From a virus (Duplodnaviria > Caudoviricetes), in the IMG/VR virus record IMGVR_UViG_3300050015_000111, positions 1 through 52,811 of that record: a stretch of DNA of 52,811 nt. One strand, 5' to 3'. Both the position numbers and the translations under genes were made by a program. Below, piece after piece: positions 8,201 through 16,487 of this stretch; the first letter of the stretch is position 1; each line of letters begins with the position of its first letter. Under the pieces are notes generated by a model that saw only the letters and a program-made list of their open reading frames with translations, had not been told where the DNA came from and did not search any database.

Positions 8201-10784
8201 TCGCTGGTTCCTGCCCGCTGCGTGGTCCGGCGGCATCGCGTGCCGCCTGCGCCTGGCGCGCCGTTGGTTCGGTGCCCAACAGGCCCATCTGCCTCGGGTC
8301 GGTGCGGATCGTCGGCGTCGGTTCGGGTTTCGGAACAGCCTCGCGTTCCGGTTCCCCGAACAACGACGGGCCGGTTGACGGGGGCAGTGGGGCGCGGCGG
8401 GAGAGTAGTGAGTTTCTTTCTCCAAAGTCTGGAGGCTCTTCTATGGGTGGGGGTTCGCGCATTGGGATCGCGGCGAAACGCGCTTTCATCGCCGCCAAGT
8501 CTTCTGGTGTATACGAGTGAGATAGCGGACGGATTGGAGGAAGCTGCCCTACCTCGCCTGCTTCGCCCGCAGGTCCGTTGCCGCGAATCTCAGTGCCATG
8601 TTGTACGCCTTCACCCGGTCCTCGCTGCTCAAGCGCCCGAACGGAGGCGAGAAACCGGGACGTGACCCCGGAGACGGATTTGCCGGCGGCAAGGTCGGTG
8701 GCCGCGGTGGTAAGGGCGTCCGAGACCGGGCCACGCTTGGTTCCGTCAACTGTGAGTTGGGTAAGGAGTCGGTCATTCTCTGATTTCCCCGCAAGGTTGC
8801 CTTCGCGCGTCAGCACGTTGCCGGCGGCGGTTAATGTGTCTTCGCCGTTCAGGGCGCCTTGAAACACAGCCCCGGCACGACGCAGCGTTTTCATGGCATT
8901 GTCGAGAACGCGAGCGCGCTGCGGGAACAACGATGTTGCCGTATCTTCGGCGCCGAACAGCGTTGTCTGCGCGCCCCGCAAGAACCCAGAATTGCGGGCG
9001 TCCTGCACCATGATGCGGGCCTGCTCGGCGTTGGCTGGGGGCCGCTTGGCGAGCAGGTCCATCGTGGCAATTTGTTCAGCGGGATCGGCGATCATGGCAC
9101 CGACGAATGACGCATAGGCGTCCGGAACCGAACCAGCTTCCACCATTCCGAATGCGTCCGGTGACAGCTCCGCCAAGCCGCGCGCCTGAATTGCCAGCGC
9201 ATTGTGCGGTGCAATATCCGGCAGGCTAAGATCGTCCGGAACCACCGACTTGCTCCGCAGCACTTTGGCGAAATCAAGCGCCGTTCCGCTACCCTCGGCA
9301 ATGTTCTGATAGGCACCCAGCGCCTTCATGAAATCTGGCGAGTAGCCATCGGCTTCCCGCAAAATGCGCGCCGGAACCTGCACATCGGGTTGCCCGGCAG
9401 CCTTGGCGTCTTGAGCGAGAATGGTGCGCTGATGGCCGTTGACTGGACTGATCGTGCCGTCGTTAGCCTGCCATGCCGTTATGGGATTAGTGATGTTCTG
9501 ATCCCACTTCGCACCAGCCAACGCGCCAGTTCCACCCCGTTCGTCCGACGCCTTGAACTGGAACAGGTCCGGCCTCAGCGTCAGTTGGTCGGGGGCCAGC
9601 ATCGTGTAGGGCGATTTGGACTCTACTGGCGGCGCGGGTCGTGCGGGGGCTGCATCGCTCGCGGTCGGCGCAGGAGGAAGCGTACCCAGCCCATCCTCGG
9701 CTATAGGAGCCTCCCCCATGGGTGTGATTGGCGGCTTTTGTCCCGCCGTCACCAGATCGGCAAGGGGCTTCTCGGCTGCCGGTGCGTTCGGGGGCAGTTC
9801 TCCCGGTGGCGCTGGGGGCGGTGGCGTCTCATCTTCCGCCGCCGCCGCCTGCTCAGGTGTCCGCGCGCCACCGGCGACCGGCGCTGTCTCGTCGAGCATG
9901 TCCGCCACGCCCTGCCGTAATTCCGGCGATGCCACGGGTGCGGTCTTGGCGCCCATGCCCCGAATGGCAGCGTGTCCAGCAAGCGGAATGGCGGTGCTGA
10001 CGGCAGACCCAAGATACGTTCCTTCCATGCCTTCGGTAAGCGGTTTCCCTTGCTCCCAATTTTCTACGCTGCGCTCAGTCATGCCAATGCCTGGCTGCAC
10101 GCCAAACGCTTGGAACAAAAGGTTCTTAACCGGCCCCTCGAAGAACTTGGCACCGAAGGCAGCCCATCCGGCGGCGGAGAACAACCCGGCTTGCCCAGCT
10201 TGAGCCAACGTTGCGTCCCACGCCTTGTTCGGATCGGCGTTCGGCTTCTGCATTTCGCGGGCGAAGATCGGCGTCAACTGACCGAGTGCCGTAGCGGCTC
10301 CGGCCGCTGCTGCGCCACCAACAAGCCCCCCACCCTCGGGCGCCACGGCCTCTCCAGCGATGCCGCCCGCGATGCCGGCGCCGAGCGTCGATCCACTGGA
10401 CGCCAGTTGGTACGTGATCTTAGGAAGCGCCTGACTGGGGTGCGCTATGTCGCTAAGGGTAAGGGGCTGCTGGTAAGGTTGCGGTGCATCGTCTGGTTGT
10501 TGCTGTGCCTTTCCTTTGAGGGTAGATGGTAGTCCGGCGAGGTTACGAACATCCTGCATGAATCCCGACTTTGCCGCCTGCCCCATGTTGGACAGAAATC
10601 CCGGTTCCTCCGGTGGCAAATCCTCGGCCTGCGCTGGGGGTTCCTTCGTGTTGATGGCGCGGGAGGGCGCGTGTTCTACCAACTGCGCCGTTGAAGGATC
10701 AAAAGCACTCTTTGCCGTAGACGGATCGAAGGACGATCCTCCGCCGTCTGTCACTAGGGTTGCTGTAGACGGATCGAAAGGCAT
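5286..10784 (-). CDS. Large polyvalent internal virion/ejection protein (ParB-like and zincin-like domains)
   Basis: 1832 aa; N-terminal FDPSTA x3; 'FQFK...VNGHQR' ParB-like; 'HESVH...EEAIA' HExxH zincin; helical C-terminal half; last position in the ejection module. Confidence 0.75.
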   Translation of the reverse strand: MPFDPSTATLVTDGGGSSFDPSTAKSAFDPSTAQLVEHAPSRAINTKEPPAQAEDLPPEEPGFLSNMGQAAKSGFMQDVRNLAGLPSTLKGKAQQQPDDAPQPYQQPLTLSDIAHPSQALPKITYQLASSGSTLGAGIAGGIAGEAVAPEGGGLVGGAAAAGAATALGQLTPIFAREMQKPNADPNKAWDATLAQAGQAGLFSAAGWAAFGAKFFEGPVKNLLFQAFGVQPGIGMTERSVENWEQGKPLTEGMEGTYLGSAVSTAIPLAGHAAIRGMGAKTAPVASPELRQGVADMLDETAPVAGGARTPEQAAAAEDETPPPPAPPGELPPNAPAAEKPLADLVTAGQKPPITPMGEAPIAEDGLGTLPPAPTASDAAPARPAPPVESKSPYTMLAPDQLTLRPDLFQFKASDERGGTGALAGAKWDQNITNPITAWQANDGTISPVNGHQRTILAQDAKAAGQPDVQVPARILREADGYSPDFMKALGAYQNIAEGSGTALDFAKVLRSKSVVPDDLSLPDIAPHNALAIQARGLAELSPDAFGMVEAGSVPDAYASFVGAMIADPAEQIATMDLLAKRPPANAEQARIMVQDARNSGFLRGAQTTLFGAEDTATSLFPQRARVLDNAMKTLRRAGAVFQGALNGEDTLTAAGNVLTREGNLAGKSENDRLLTQLTVDGTKRGPVSDALTTAATDLAAGKSVSGVTSRFLASVRALEQRGPGEGVQHGTEIRGNGPAGEAGEVGQLPPIRPLSHSYTPEDLAAMKARFAAIPMREPPPIEEPPDFGERNSLLSRRAPLPPSTGPSLFGEPEREAVPKPEPTPTIRTDPRQMGLLGTEPTARQAQAARDAAGPRSGQEPANEGLFAEKGTKQPGLLDRRDADAAPREIDPEAKARLQDAAQRAMRAIGIPDKVGLNLVDRIQDGTADGRYTHTMIDLALDTPHGMLPAKLFHESVHALMDPALGLLGNGERRALEIGADRWLKQGTNRADLKSRGYGQNELREEAIARMGEEALARGVNAPAPYYKMLNFLKGIGQWLRGEGFKTADDVFDSVMRGERRTGEVGVDAAPSYSRRDPELAIQQQPEVLRDKKGIARAMGEVQAAFGPSSIKGAGTQEAMLRFHGATLAQSYGIAAHALGQVRDAIDKLPTEQQDDFTRRYETGEKQPTPELQKVSDTLHNVIGQWTAKVQSLGKGHLANAIQDYMGHIYSNYPEWSRGIESTKTAAEAEQAAKAAGQSKVPLQGSGAFLKKRSFPTLDDAMKVGLEPITHNPIDMQLLKLREMQKFYHGTLLSDKMKGGGLARWVSAGDERSAAEQGLVKLDDRVFQPRIIGENNPAGFGRLEPGNWYAPEPVARLFNNYMSRGLAGQSIIYDALRASNNALNSLQLGLSGFHATFIMMDAAISKAALGLQQIATGHPIRGIGNVLWGVTPGVNLTAGFRAVSEGAKLRKAWFDPAQATPELRRLVDDMNIGGGRVNMDQFYRTTSSGAFFKNIGDLKNPASPFYESVQMFRDAKGPMETAIQTPLRIAGRLIDTINEPLMGQVVPRAKLGVFSDLARNWHDTHPDATPEQRSTAMIKFWDSVDNRMGQLVYDNLMWKKVQKDIAFIATRSVGWNLGTLREIGGAFVDSARAMKAIASGKAPEFTTRMAYTMALPVVTATMGAILTYLATGNSPQSLLDYYYPPTGNKDAPDERRSIPGYMKDVVAFWKSPLQTAENKIAPLWETINELTKNQDYYGGIIYDPQRSQGPVQAYADYVLNQTLPFSLRSYNKMHDENADKLTQALSFWGFQSAPKSITAPERGERWNRMQAQKGWHAKQKEPGRLSVFDVAPP

Positions 10785-13700
10785 CAGGGCACCGCTTGGA
10801 ACTGGCCGCCTCGGTAAACTGCCTTGTTGCCGGCAGCGTCGGTATAGGTGCCTCCTTCAACATAGGACGGCGCGGCGGCAGGAGCCGCACGCGGCGCAAT
10901 AACTGTCGGCGCCACGCGCGGCTGCGGTCTTCCTGTCGTGGCTCCTGCCGCGTTGTTCTGCTGAATCTGTTCCTCAGTCAGACCGTGGCTAATAGCCCAA
11001 TCATGGGCGCGCTGGGTTTCTTGCAGCGAAGCGTCACCGTGCGTCATCTGCCATTGGTGATACTGGGTCATTGCATCCAGAGCGTCTCCCCTTAAATCCA
11101 AACCCTGCTGCGCCCTCGATGCTCGACCAGCAAAACCCTTCGCTGCTTCAATGGCGTCCGGCAGCGAGTAGCCCTGCCTCTGCAACTCCTGAACGTAAGT
11201 CCGCTCGCCCTCTGCTCCTGACATATGCCCAGCGGCCACTCGCATCATTGCAATCTGCAATGCCTGTTGCGTTTTGGCATTTGCATCCGCCGACCGCAAC
11301 TGCGCGACGGCAAGTGTGTTGTCGTTCCGGTTGGCGCCGTTCTGCGCCATTTGCTGGCGGTAGTCATTCTGCCACTGCGCCTGCTGTTGGCGAATCTGGT
11401 CCTGCACCGCCAGTTGTCGCTGGCCCTGATAATTCTGCATGCCAGCTAAGCCACCAGAGCCGATATTCACCATGGCGTGCGGAGACTTACCCGCCATCAT
11501 GCTGAGGCCGGCGGCAAGAAGCGCCTCGCCTACGTTGGGCTTGAACTGGCCGGTATCGGCATCGCGTGGCTGCTGGTTCTGTGATCCAAATCCACCTTGC
11601 TTCTGCACATTGATAATCGGATGTTGATCTGTCGGGGCGCCACCAGAAGGCGGAATCGGCGGAACTGGCGGCACGTCGTTCGCTGGGCCGAAGCCGCCGA
11701 CGCTGGGCGTCCTCGCCGCGGCATGCCCCGACTGTCCCACACCGAACGGCATTGCCGATGGACGCGGATTGGCGTTGGCCGGGCCGGCGATGGGTTGATC
11801 CGGGTTCGGCATGTCATCCGGCTGCGGAACGTCATAGGGCCGATCCACGTCCGGCATTCCCACACGCGGCGCCAGGCCGCCATTCAGCCGAATGTCGTTG
11901 TTGTAAGTTCCCGGGGTGCTATGTGCGCCAGATGGAGCAGCAAAGTCAGAAGGAGTGAAGCCGGACAGATCACGCGACGGTGCTCCGCCGATGATGTCCT
12001 GTTGTTCGCTTGGCGACATTCCGGCAGCAGCCATGCCACGCTGTCCGGCAGCCGTATAGGCGGCGTGGGTAGCAGGAGAGTCGGAAGACAACGGCGCCAT
12101 CCCCGCGATGGCGGCGGGCACGCCGCGCAAATCAACACTCGGGATATTCGGCGTCGCGCTGTCTCCAACACTCCCTAGGTCAGTCGAGACACGATCGCGT
12201 GCGCTGGGGGAAAGGTGTTGCCACATGGCGGCGACGGCAGGCGTCACATCAAAATTCGGGTCATAAGGATCGCCAACCGGCGCGCCCCCATCCGCGAACC
12301 CTTGCGCCGGCCCAAAACCCGCCTGTTGCTGCGCCTGCCCAGACGGCATCCCAGTGGGCACCGAAGGCTGCGCCGGATTGGACTGCGGGTTCATCTGGCG
12401 CATCCGCAACGCCCGCTGTGCCATGGACCCCTGCGGCGAGTTCGGGGATGCTCGCGAGGCCATCTCCTGCAACTGCTCGGTTGGCAGGCCGGAATAAGCC
12501 TGCGTCAACTGCACCATCGCCGGGTTGCCCCCGACGCTTGCCGTCAGCCCAGCCGGCGCCATCGCCGCCCCGCCATCGTCTCGGTGCAGTGGCATGAAGC
12601 CACCACGGGCGCGACGCGGGAACGGCACGTCGCCGATGCCGAGTTGCAAGCGGCGGGGAGCACCGAAGTCGATGGCGCCGCCGCGAGCCGCCAACCCATA
12701 ACCAAAATCCGGAGTTGGAAGAGCGGCGTCCGACAAAGCGGCGTTGGTCGTATTCTGCATGCCGGACGACATGCCGAACAACGAGGACGCATCGTCTGGA
12801 TTTGTACCGTTAAACCATCCGCCGATTTGGCTACCAAGGTTTTTCAGATCGCCGCCCAGCCCCTTCAGATCGCCCGATTTGCCCAAGGAACCCATGGCTC
12901 CGAGTTCGCTTTGCAGCGACGTGTCCTGTTGCGGGTGCGGTGCCTGCGGAATTGTGGACCCATGCGCCTGGCTGCTTGAACCGGACGGAATAAGAGAGAT
13001 GGAAAAATCTGGCACGCCGGAACCGAAATTGGCACTCGACGGCGTTCCACCATCCGCAAGAGGGACAAATCCCCCAGCTTTGCGCCTCAGGGACTCTTGC
13101 GTTGCTTCGCGATAATCTACACCAAGCAACCCGCTGTCACTTTGATGCACCGCATCGGGATGATGCTTCTTGACGTTTTGCGCGATCAGGCCGATTTGAA
13201 AGTGAGGGTCTCCCTTGTACCGGAATCTATAGACGGGGGTTCCATCATTGAGCGAACCAACCTTCCCGATATCTGTCTTTGCTCTCTTGTCGGATAGCAG
13301 ACTGTAGATTCCAGCGCCAGCAAGACCTAGGCCCGACCCCTGAGACAATATAGACGTCCCCGGCGATGTGGTGCTGCTCGTCCCGCCACTCAGGCTTCCG
13401 GTGCCCTCCGCAATGTTAGCCAGATAGTTGGTAGTCTGGAACGGATAAGCCTGCGCGGCAAGGTAGGACTCATATGGCACATTCAGTTCATTTTGCGCCT
13501 GGGTCTGCTGCGTTTGGCCGGCCGACAGCATGGAATTTGCGGCCGTTTCCCCCTGCGTCTGCGCCTCAGTTCCAAGGTTGCCCATCATCGCCGCGCCCTG
13601 CGAGTTCAACCACGCATTACTCTGCGCTGCGCTTGTCGCATTCTGGAAACCCGTGTTATTTAGGTTGGCGAGAGTTGCATTGTTCGCGGTAGCCTGTTGC

Positions 13701-14200
13701 CCACCAAGAACCGCCTGCGCCACACCCTGCCGATCACCACCGAACGCTCCCGCCGACGCTGCATTGCCGGCCAGTTGGTTCTGTTGGATAGCATCCTGAT
13801 TATTCATCTGGGCCGTCGTGGCGTTGACGACCTGTTGGGTATAGGGACTTTGATACTGCGAGACAGTGTTGCCGAAGTTTTGTCCGTTCAAAGCAGTCGT
13901 CGAGTTAGTCACATCCTGCGAGGCTTGGTTGATGAAAGGCTGGCCGGCGTTCGCTGCCGTGTTGACGGCGTTGAATCCCTGCTGCTGCATCGGCGTGAAG
14001 CCGGCAACAGTCGAGCCCGAGTATGGCTGGTAAGGCTGATTGGCGACGTTCTGCGCCTGATTATAGACCTGTTGATAGTTGGCAAGCACCTGGGCAGGAG
14101 GCCCGCTACTGGTGGTGGTCGTGTCGCCTCCGCCCTTGAACCGACGAAATTCCGGCGCAGCGATCAGTCCGGCCCGAAGGTGTTGGCGCTTGGTGTGCAT
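10784..14200 (-). CDS. DNA ejection/pilot protein with internal peptidase S74-like chaperone domain
   Basis: Q/A/G/N-rich N-terminus (KGGG-TTTTS, YQSPY, AGAFGGDRQG); 'SDKRAKTDI...VYRFRYKG...GLIAQ...P.AV....VDY' near aa 303-362. Confidence 0.8.
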   Translation of the reverse strand: MHTKRQHLRAGLIAAPEFRRFKGGGDTTTTSSGPPAQVLANYQQVYNQAQNVANQPYQPYSGSTVAGFTPMQQQGFNAVNTAANAGQPFINQASQDVTNSTTALNGQNFGNTVSQYQSPYTQQVVNATTAQMNNQDAIQQNQLAGNAASAGAFGGDRQGVAQAVLGGQQATANNATLANLNNTGFQNATSAAQSNAWLNSQGAAMMGNLGTEAQTQGETAANSMLSAGQTQQTQAQNELNVPYESYLAAQAYPFQTTNYLANIAEGTGSLSGGTSSTTSPGTSILSQGSGLGLAGAGIYSLLSDKRAKTDIGKVGSLNDGTPVYRFRYKGDPHFQIGLIAQNVKKHHPDAVHQSDSGLLGVDYREATQESLRRKAGGFVPLADGGTPSSANFGSGVPDFSISLIPSGSSSQAHGSTIPQAPHPQQDTSLQSELGAMGSLGKSGDLKGLGGDLKNLGSQIGGWFNGTNPDDASSLFGMSSGMQNTTNAALSDAALPTPDFGYGLAARGGAIDFGAPRRLQLGIGDVPFPRRARGGFMPLHRDDGGAAMAPAGLTASVGGNPAMVQLTQAYSGLPTEQLQEMASRASPNSPQGSMAQRALRMRQMNPQSNPAQPSVPTGMPSGQAQQQAGFGPAQGFADGGAPVGDPYDPNFDVTPAVAAMWQHLSPSARDRVSTDLGSVGDSATPNIPSVDLRGVPAAIAGMAPLSSDSPATHAAYTAAGQRGMAAAGMSPSEQQDIIGGAPSRDLSGFTPSDFAAPSGAHSTPGTYNNDIRLNGGLAPRVGMPDVDRPYDVPQPDDMPNPDQPIAGPANANPRPSAMPFGVGQSGHAAARTPSVGGFGPANDVPPVPPIPPSGGAPTDQHPIINVQKQGGFGSQNQQPRDADTGQFKPNVGEALLAAGLSMMAGKSPHAMVNIGSGGLAGMQNYQGQRQLAVQDQIRQQQAQWQNDYRQQMAQNGANRNDNTLAVAQLRSADANAKTQQALQIAMMRVAAGHMSGAEGERTYVQELQRQGYSLPDAIEAAKGFAGRASRAQQGLDLRGDALDAMTQYHQWQMTHGDASLQETQRAHDWAISHGLTEEQIQQNNAAGATTGRPQPRVAPTVIAPRAAPAAAPSYVEGGTYTDAAGNKAVYRGGQFQAVP

Positions 14201-14697
14201 TACGCAGTTCCCACCTGGCTAGGCCACGAGTCGGTGCCCCCGATCATGAACGAGGCGCCGACACGGCGACCGAAGCGAGCGAACAACCTTTCCTTGCCGG
14301 GGAAGTCCTCTTTTGGCATCAAATTGAGAACCACTGGCAACTTTGTCTCCTGCTCCCACCACTGAGCAAATCGGAACAGCCTAGCGGCATGACGAGTCCG
14401 ACGATGCAGAGGATGAACATAGATCAGCATCTCAGTAGAGTAGTAGTTGCTTGGCTTGTCCGTCGAGTACCAGCGGCGCTCAGGTGTCAAAGCGATCACG
14501 GCCTCAATGCGCTCCGGCCCATCCACCAGCGCGATCACGTTTCCGTCGCCTACGCATCCCTTGGCGATGGCGTCGCGCACCCGCTCCGGGTCCATGTCGC
14601 CGTAGCCATTCTCGGCGTGAGCAACGGCGAAGATGGCGAACAGACGATCTTCGTCGCCCTGCTGCGCCATGCGGATGCATTTGGGGAAGGCGGTCAT
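14200..14697 (-). CDS. GNAT-like acetyltransferase (virion module)
   Basis: 'IRMAQQGD...IYVHPLHRRTRHAARL' GNAT motif A. Confidence 0.7.
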   Translation of the reverse strand: MTAFPKCIRMAQQGDEDRLFAIFAVAHAENGYGDMDPERVRDAIAKGCVGDGNVIALVDGPERIEAVIALTPERRWYSTDKPSNYYSTEMLIYVHPLHRRTRHAARLFRFAQWWEQETKLPVVLNLMPKEDFPGKERLFARFGRRVGASFMIGGTDSWPSQVGTA

Positions 14698-15182
14698 GCC
14701 GCTGCCGCCTTTCGAACCGTCGGCGCACCATGAATGAACAGGCCTCCGATTGGTGTTGCCTGCCGACCATAGAGCCGCATCTTCGCCTCAGTCCGCTCGG
14801 GGTGCAGAACCTCGAAGATCACAGGCATGCCGGATAGCTCGCCAAACCATTTCGCGAACTGCGCCAGATGAACGGCGTGCGTCGATTTTCGATAGAGGGG
14901 AGACACGTAATGAAAGAATGCCCGGATGTATGGCTCGTTCGAGTTCCATGGTTCAGTTGGAAATAGCCCGATCGCACCCTCAAGGATGGATGGCCCCACC
15001 ACCACACCGAACACTGGTCGCGGCGGAGGGCCGCCCATCGTCGCCATTCCGATCACATCGCGCACCTTATTGTCATCGCGCGGACCAAGGGACCATTCCT
15101 CATCGGACTCGCACGCCAGCGCGAACAGCAGTTCCTCGTCACCGTGGCGGGCAAGCCGAACGTCGGCGGGCTTCTGGGTCAT
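14694..15182 (-). CDS. GNAT-like acetyltransferase (paralogue)
   Basis: 'VRLARHGD...YVSPLYRKSTHAVHL'; aligns by eye with the neighbouring gene. Confidence 0.7.
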   Translation of the reverse strand: MTQKPADVRLARHGDEELLFALACESDEEWSLGPRDDNKVRDVIGMATMGGPPPRPVFGVVVGPSILEGAIGLFPTEPWNSNEPYIRAFFHYVSPLYRKSTHAVHLAQFAKWFGELSGMPVIFEVLHPERTEAKMRLYGRQATPIGGLFIHGAPTVRKAAAA

Positions 15183-16201
15183 CGAACGGGTCCCGGCAGC
15201 GCCTTCGTCTTTTTCACGATCTCACGCCGACGATCCAGTATCCAAGCATCCACGGCGTCATGCCCTTTCTTGCCTTGGTAGGTAACGCGCTGCACTTCGT
15301 CCGGTGAAAGAATCCACTCGCCACCCGCGACAATGCACTTTACGCCGCCGTGTTCAGGGGGCACGCTGCCCTTAGCGATGCGGATGGAATGCCCCTCAAA
15401 CTCAGGATCGCCACCGCTAGCGAAGTGCTGACCTATCGCCGCCGGAGGACGGGGAATCGTCGAGTGAGATGGGCCGCGAGGAAGCGAGATGCCACCCGGA
15501 CCGGAGCTCAACGCCATGCTCATCGCGTGGGCGCCAGCCAAGGTGTTGCCCTGGCCCAACCCGCTCATTACATCGGCCGGAATGACATGCGACCCTGCCG
15601 CAACACTCATAGGAACATTGTCAGTACGCCCCGCCCCAGCCGTGTGGATCAAGCCAGACGGCGCATCCATCCCCCGCGCCGCACTCCGCACGTACCACGG
15701 GGCCATCTCCGATGATGTCGGCACACCGCCCTGAGCGTAGCCGATCCTGCCACCGCGGTGCTGCGTGCCGCCGCCATTTTGAGAGAACATTTGGTTAAAT
15801 GCGTCTATCGCGGCCTGCCCAGGATCGACGGGCGCCGGGGATGGATTGGCGGACGGCGTGCCCGTGATGGGTAGCCCCCGCTGGGCATAGGTCTGTAGCG
15901 CCGCCTGGGTGGGCTGTGTCAGTGCCCCAGTGTTGAGGTCCATGCCGTAGCTACCAACCTGGGGAACTGGCATGAGGCCGCTGGAAAGAACGCCCGATGG
16001 CGAGGTGGCATAGGTCGGGGCCGTCGGGGCCACGGCCGCCGAGGGAGCGCCGGTCGAGCCGCCAGCGGCCCGTCGCTTGGCATAGCGATCGGCAGTTGCC
16101 AACGCGGCAGCAATCGCCTGGCGGCGTGGATGGTTCTTTTTTTCCATCTCCTGGATGTTTCTTCCAATGGCTGCACGACTGCCGGATTTTTCTAAGGGCA
16201 T
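15179..16201 (-). CDS. Virion protein with AxGG motifs and a 'G-R-T-D-x-V-P...G-S/E-x-V-I-P-A-D-V' domain
   Basis: N-terminal 'NIQEM...QAIAAAL'; motifs RRAAGG, QHRGG, YAQGG, FASGG; duplicated small domain. Confidence 0.65.
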   Translation of the reverse strand: MPLEKSGSRAAIGRNIQEMEKKNHPRRQAIAAALATADRYAKRRAAGGSTGAPSAAVAPTAPTYATSPSGVLSSGLMPVPQVGSYGMDLNTGALTQPTQAALQTYAQRGLPITGTPSANPSPAPVDPGQAAIDAFNQMFSQNGGGTQHRGGRIGYAQGGVPTSSEMAPWYVRSAARGMDAPSGLIHTAGAGRTDNVPMSVAAGSHVIPADVMSGLGQGNTLAGAHAMSMALSSGPGGISLPRGPSHSTIPRPPAAIGQHFASGGDPEFEGHSIRIAKGSVPPEHGGVKCIVAGGEWILSPDEVQRVTYQGKKGHDAVDAWILDRRREIVKKTKALPGPVR

Positions 16202-16208
16202 TCTCGCC

Positions 16209-16487
16209 TCACGATGTCACCTGGGCGCCAGACGAAACGGAGAACCACGCGCCTGTTACATTATAACATACCACGACTCCCGTCCCAGCGCCAGAACTCT
16301 CTCCAGGCTTGCGCCCGTTCACAGCATAGGAGAGACTGCCAATACCAGAGGTTATCGGTAGCGCCGCCACGGCATAAGATGGCAAAGGGACTGGGCCGCT
16401 TCCTTTGATGGCTTGCACAAGCGCTGCCAGCACCTTTGTCTGGTCCTGTAGAGACGCGATAATACCACTCATGTCGGTAGCCATCAA
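16209..16487 (-). CDS. Small hypothetical tail protein
   Basis: Coupled to the upstream tail gene; 'PSYAVAALP' segment. Confidence 0.6.
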   Translation of the reverse strand: MMATDMSGIIASLQDQTKVLAALVQAIKGSGPVPLPSYAVAALPITSGIGSLSYAVNGRKPGESSGAGTGVVVCYNVTGAWFSVSSGAQVTS

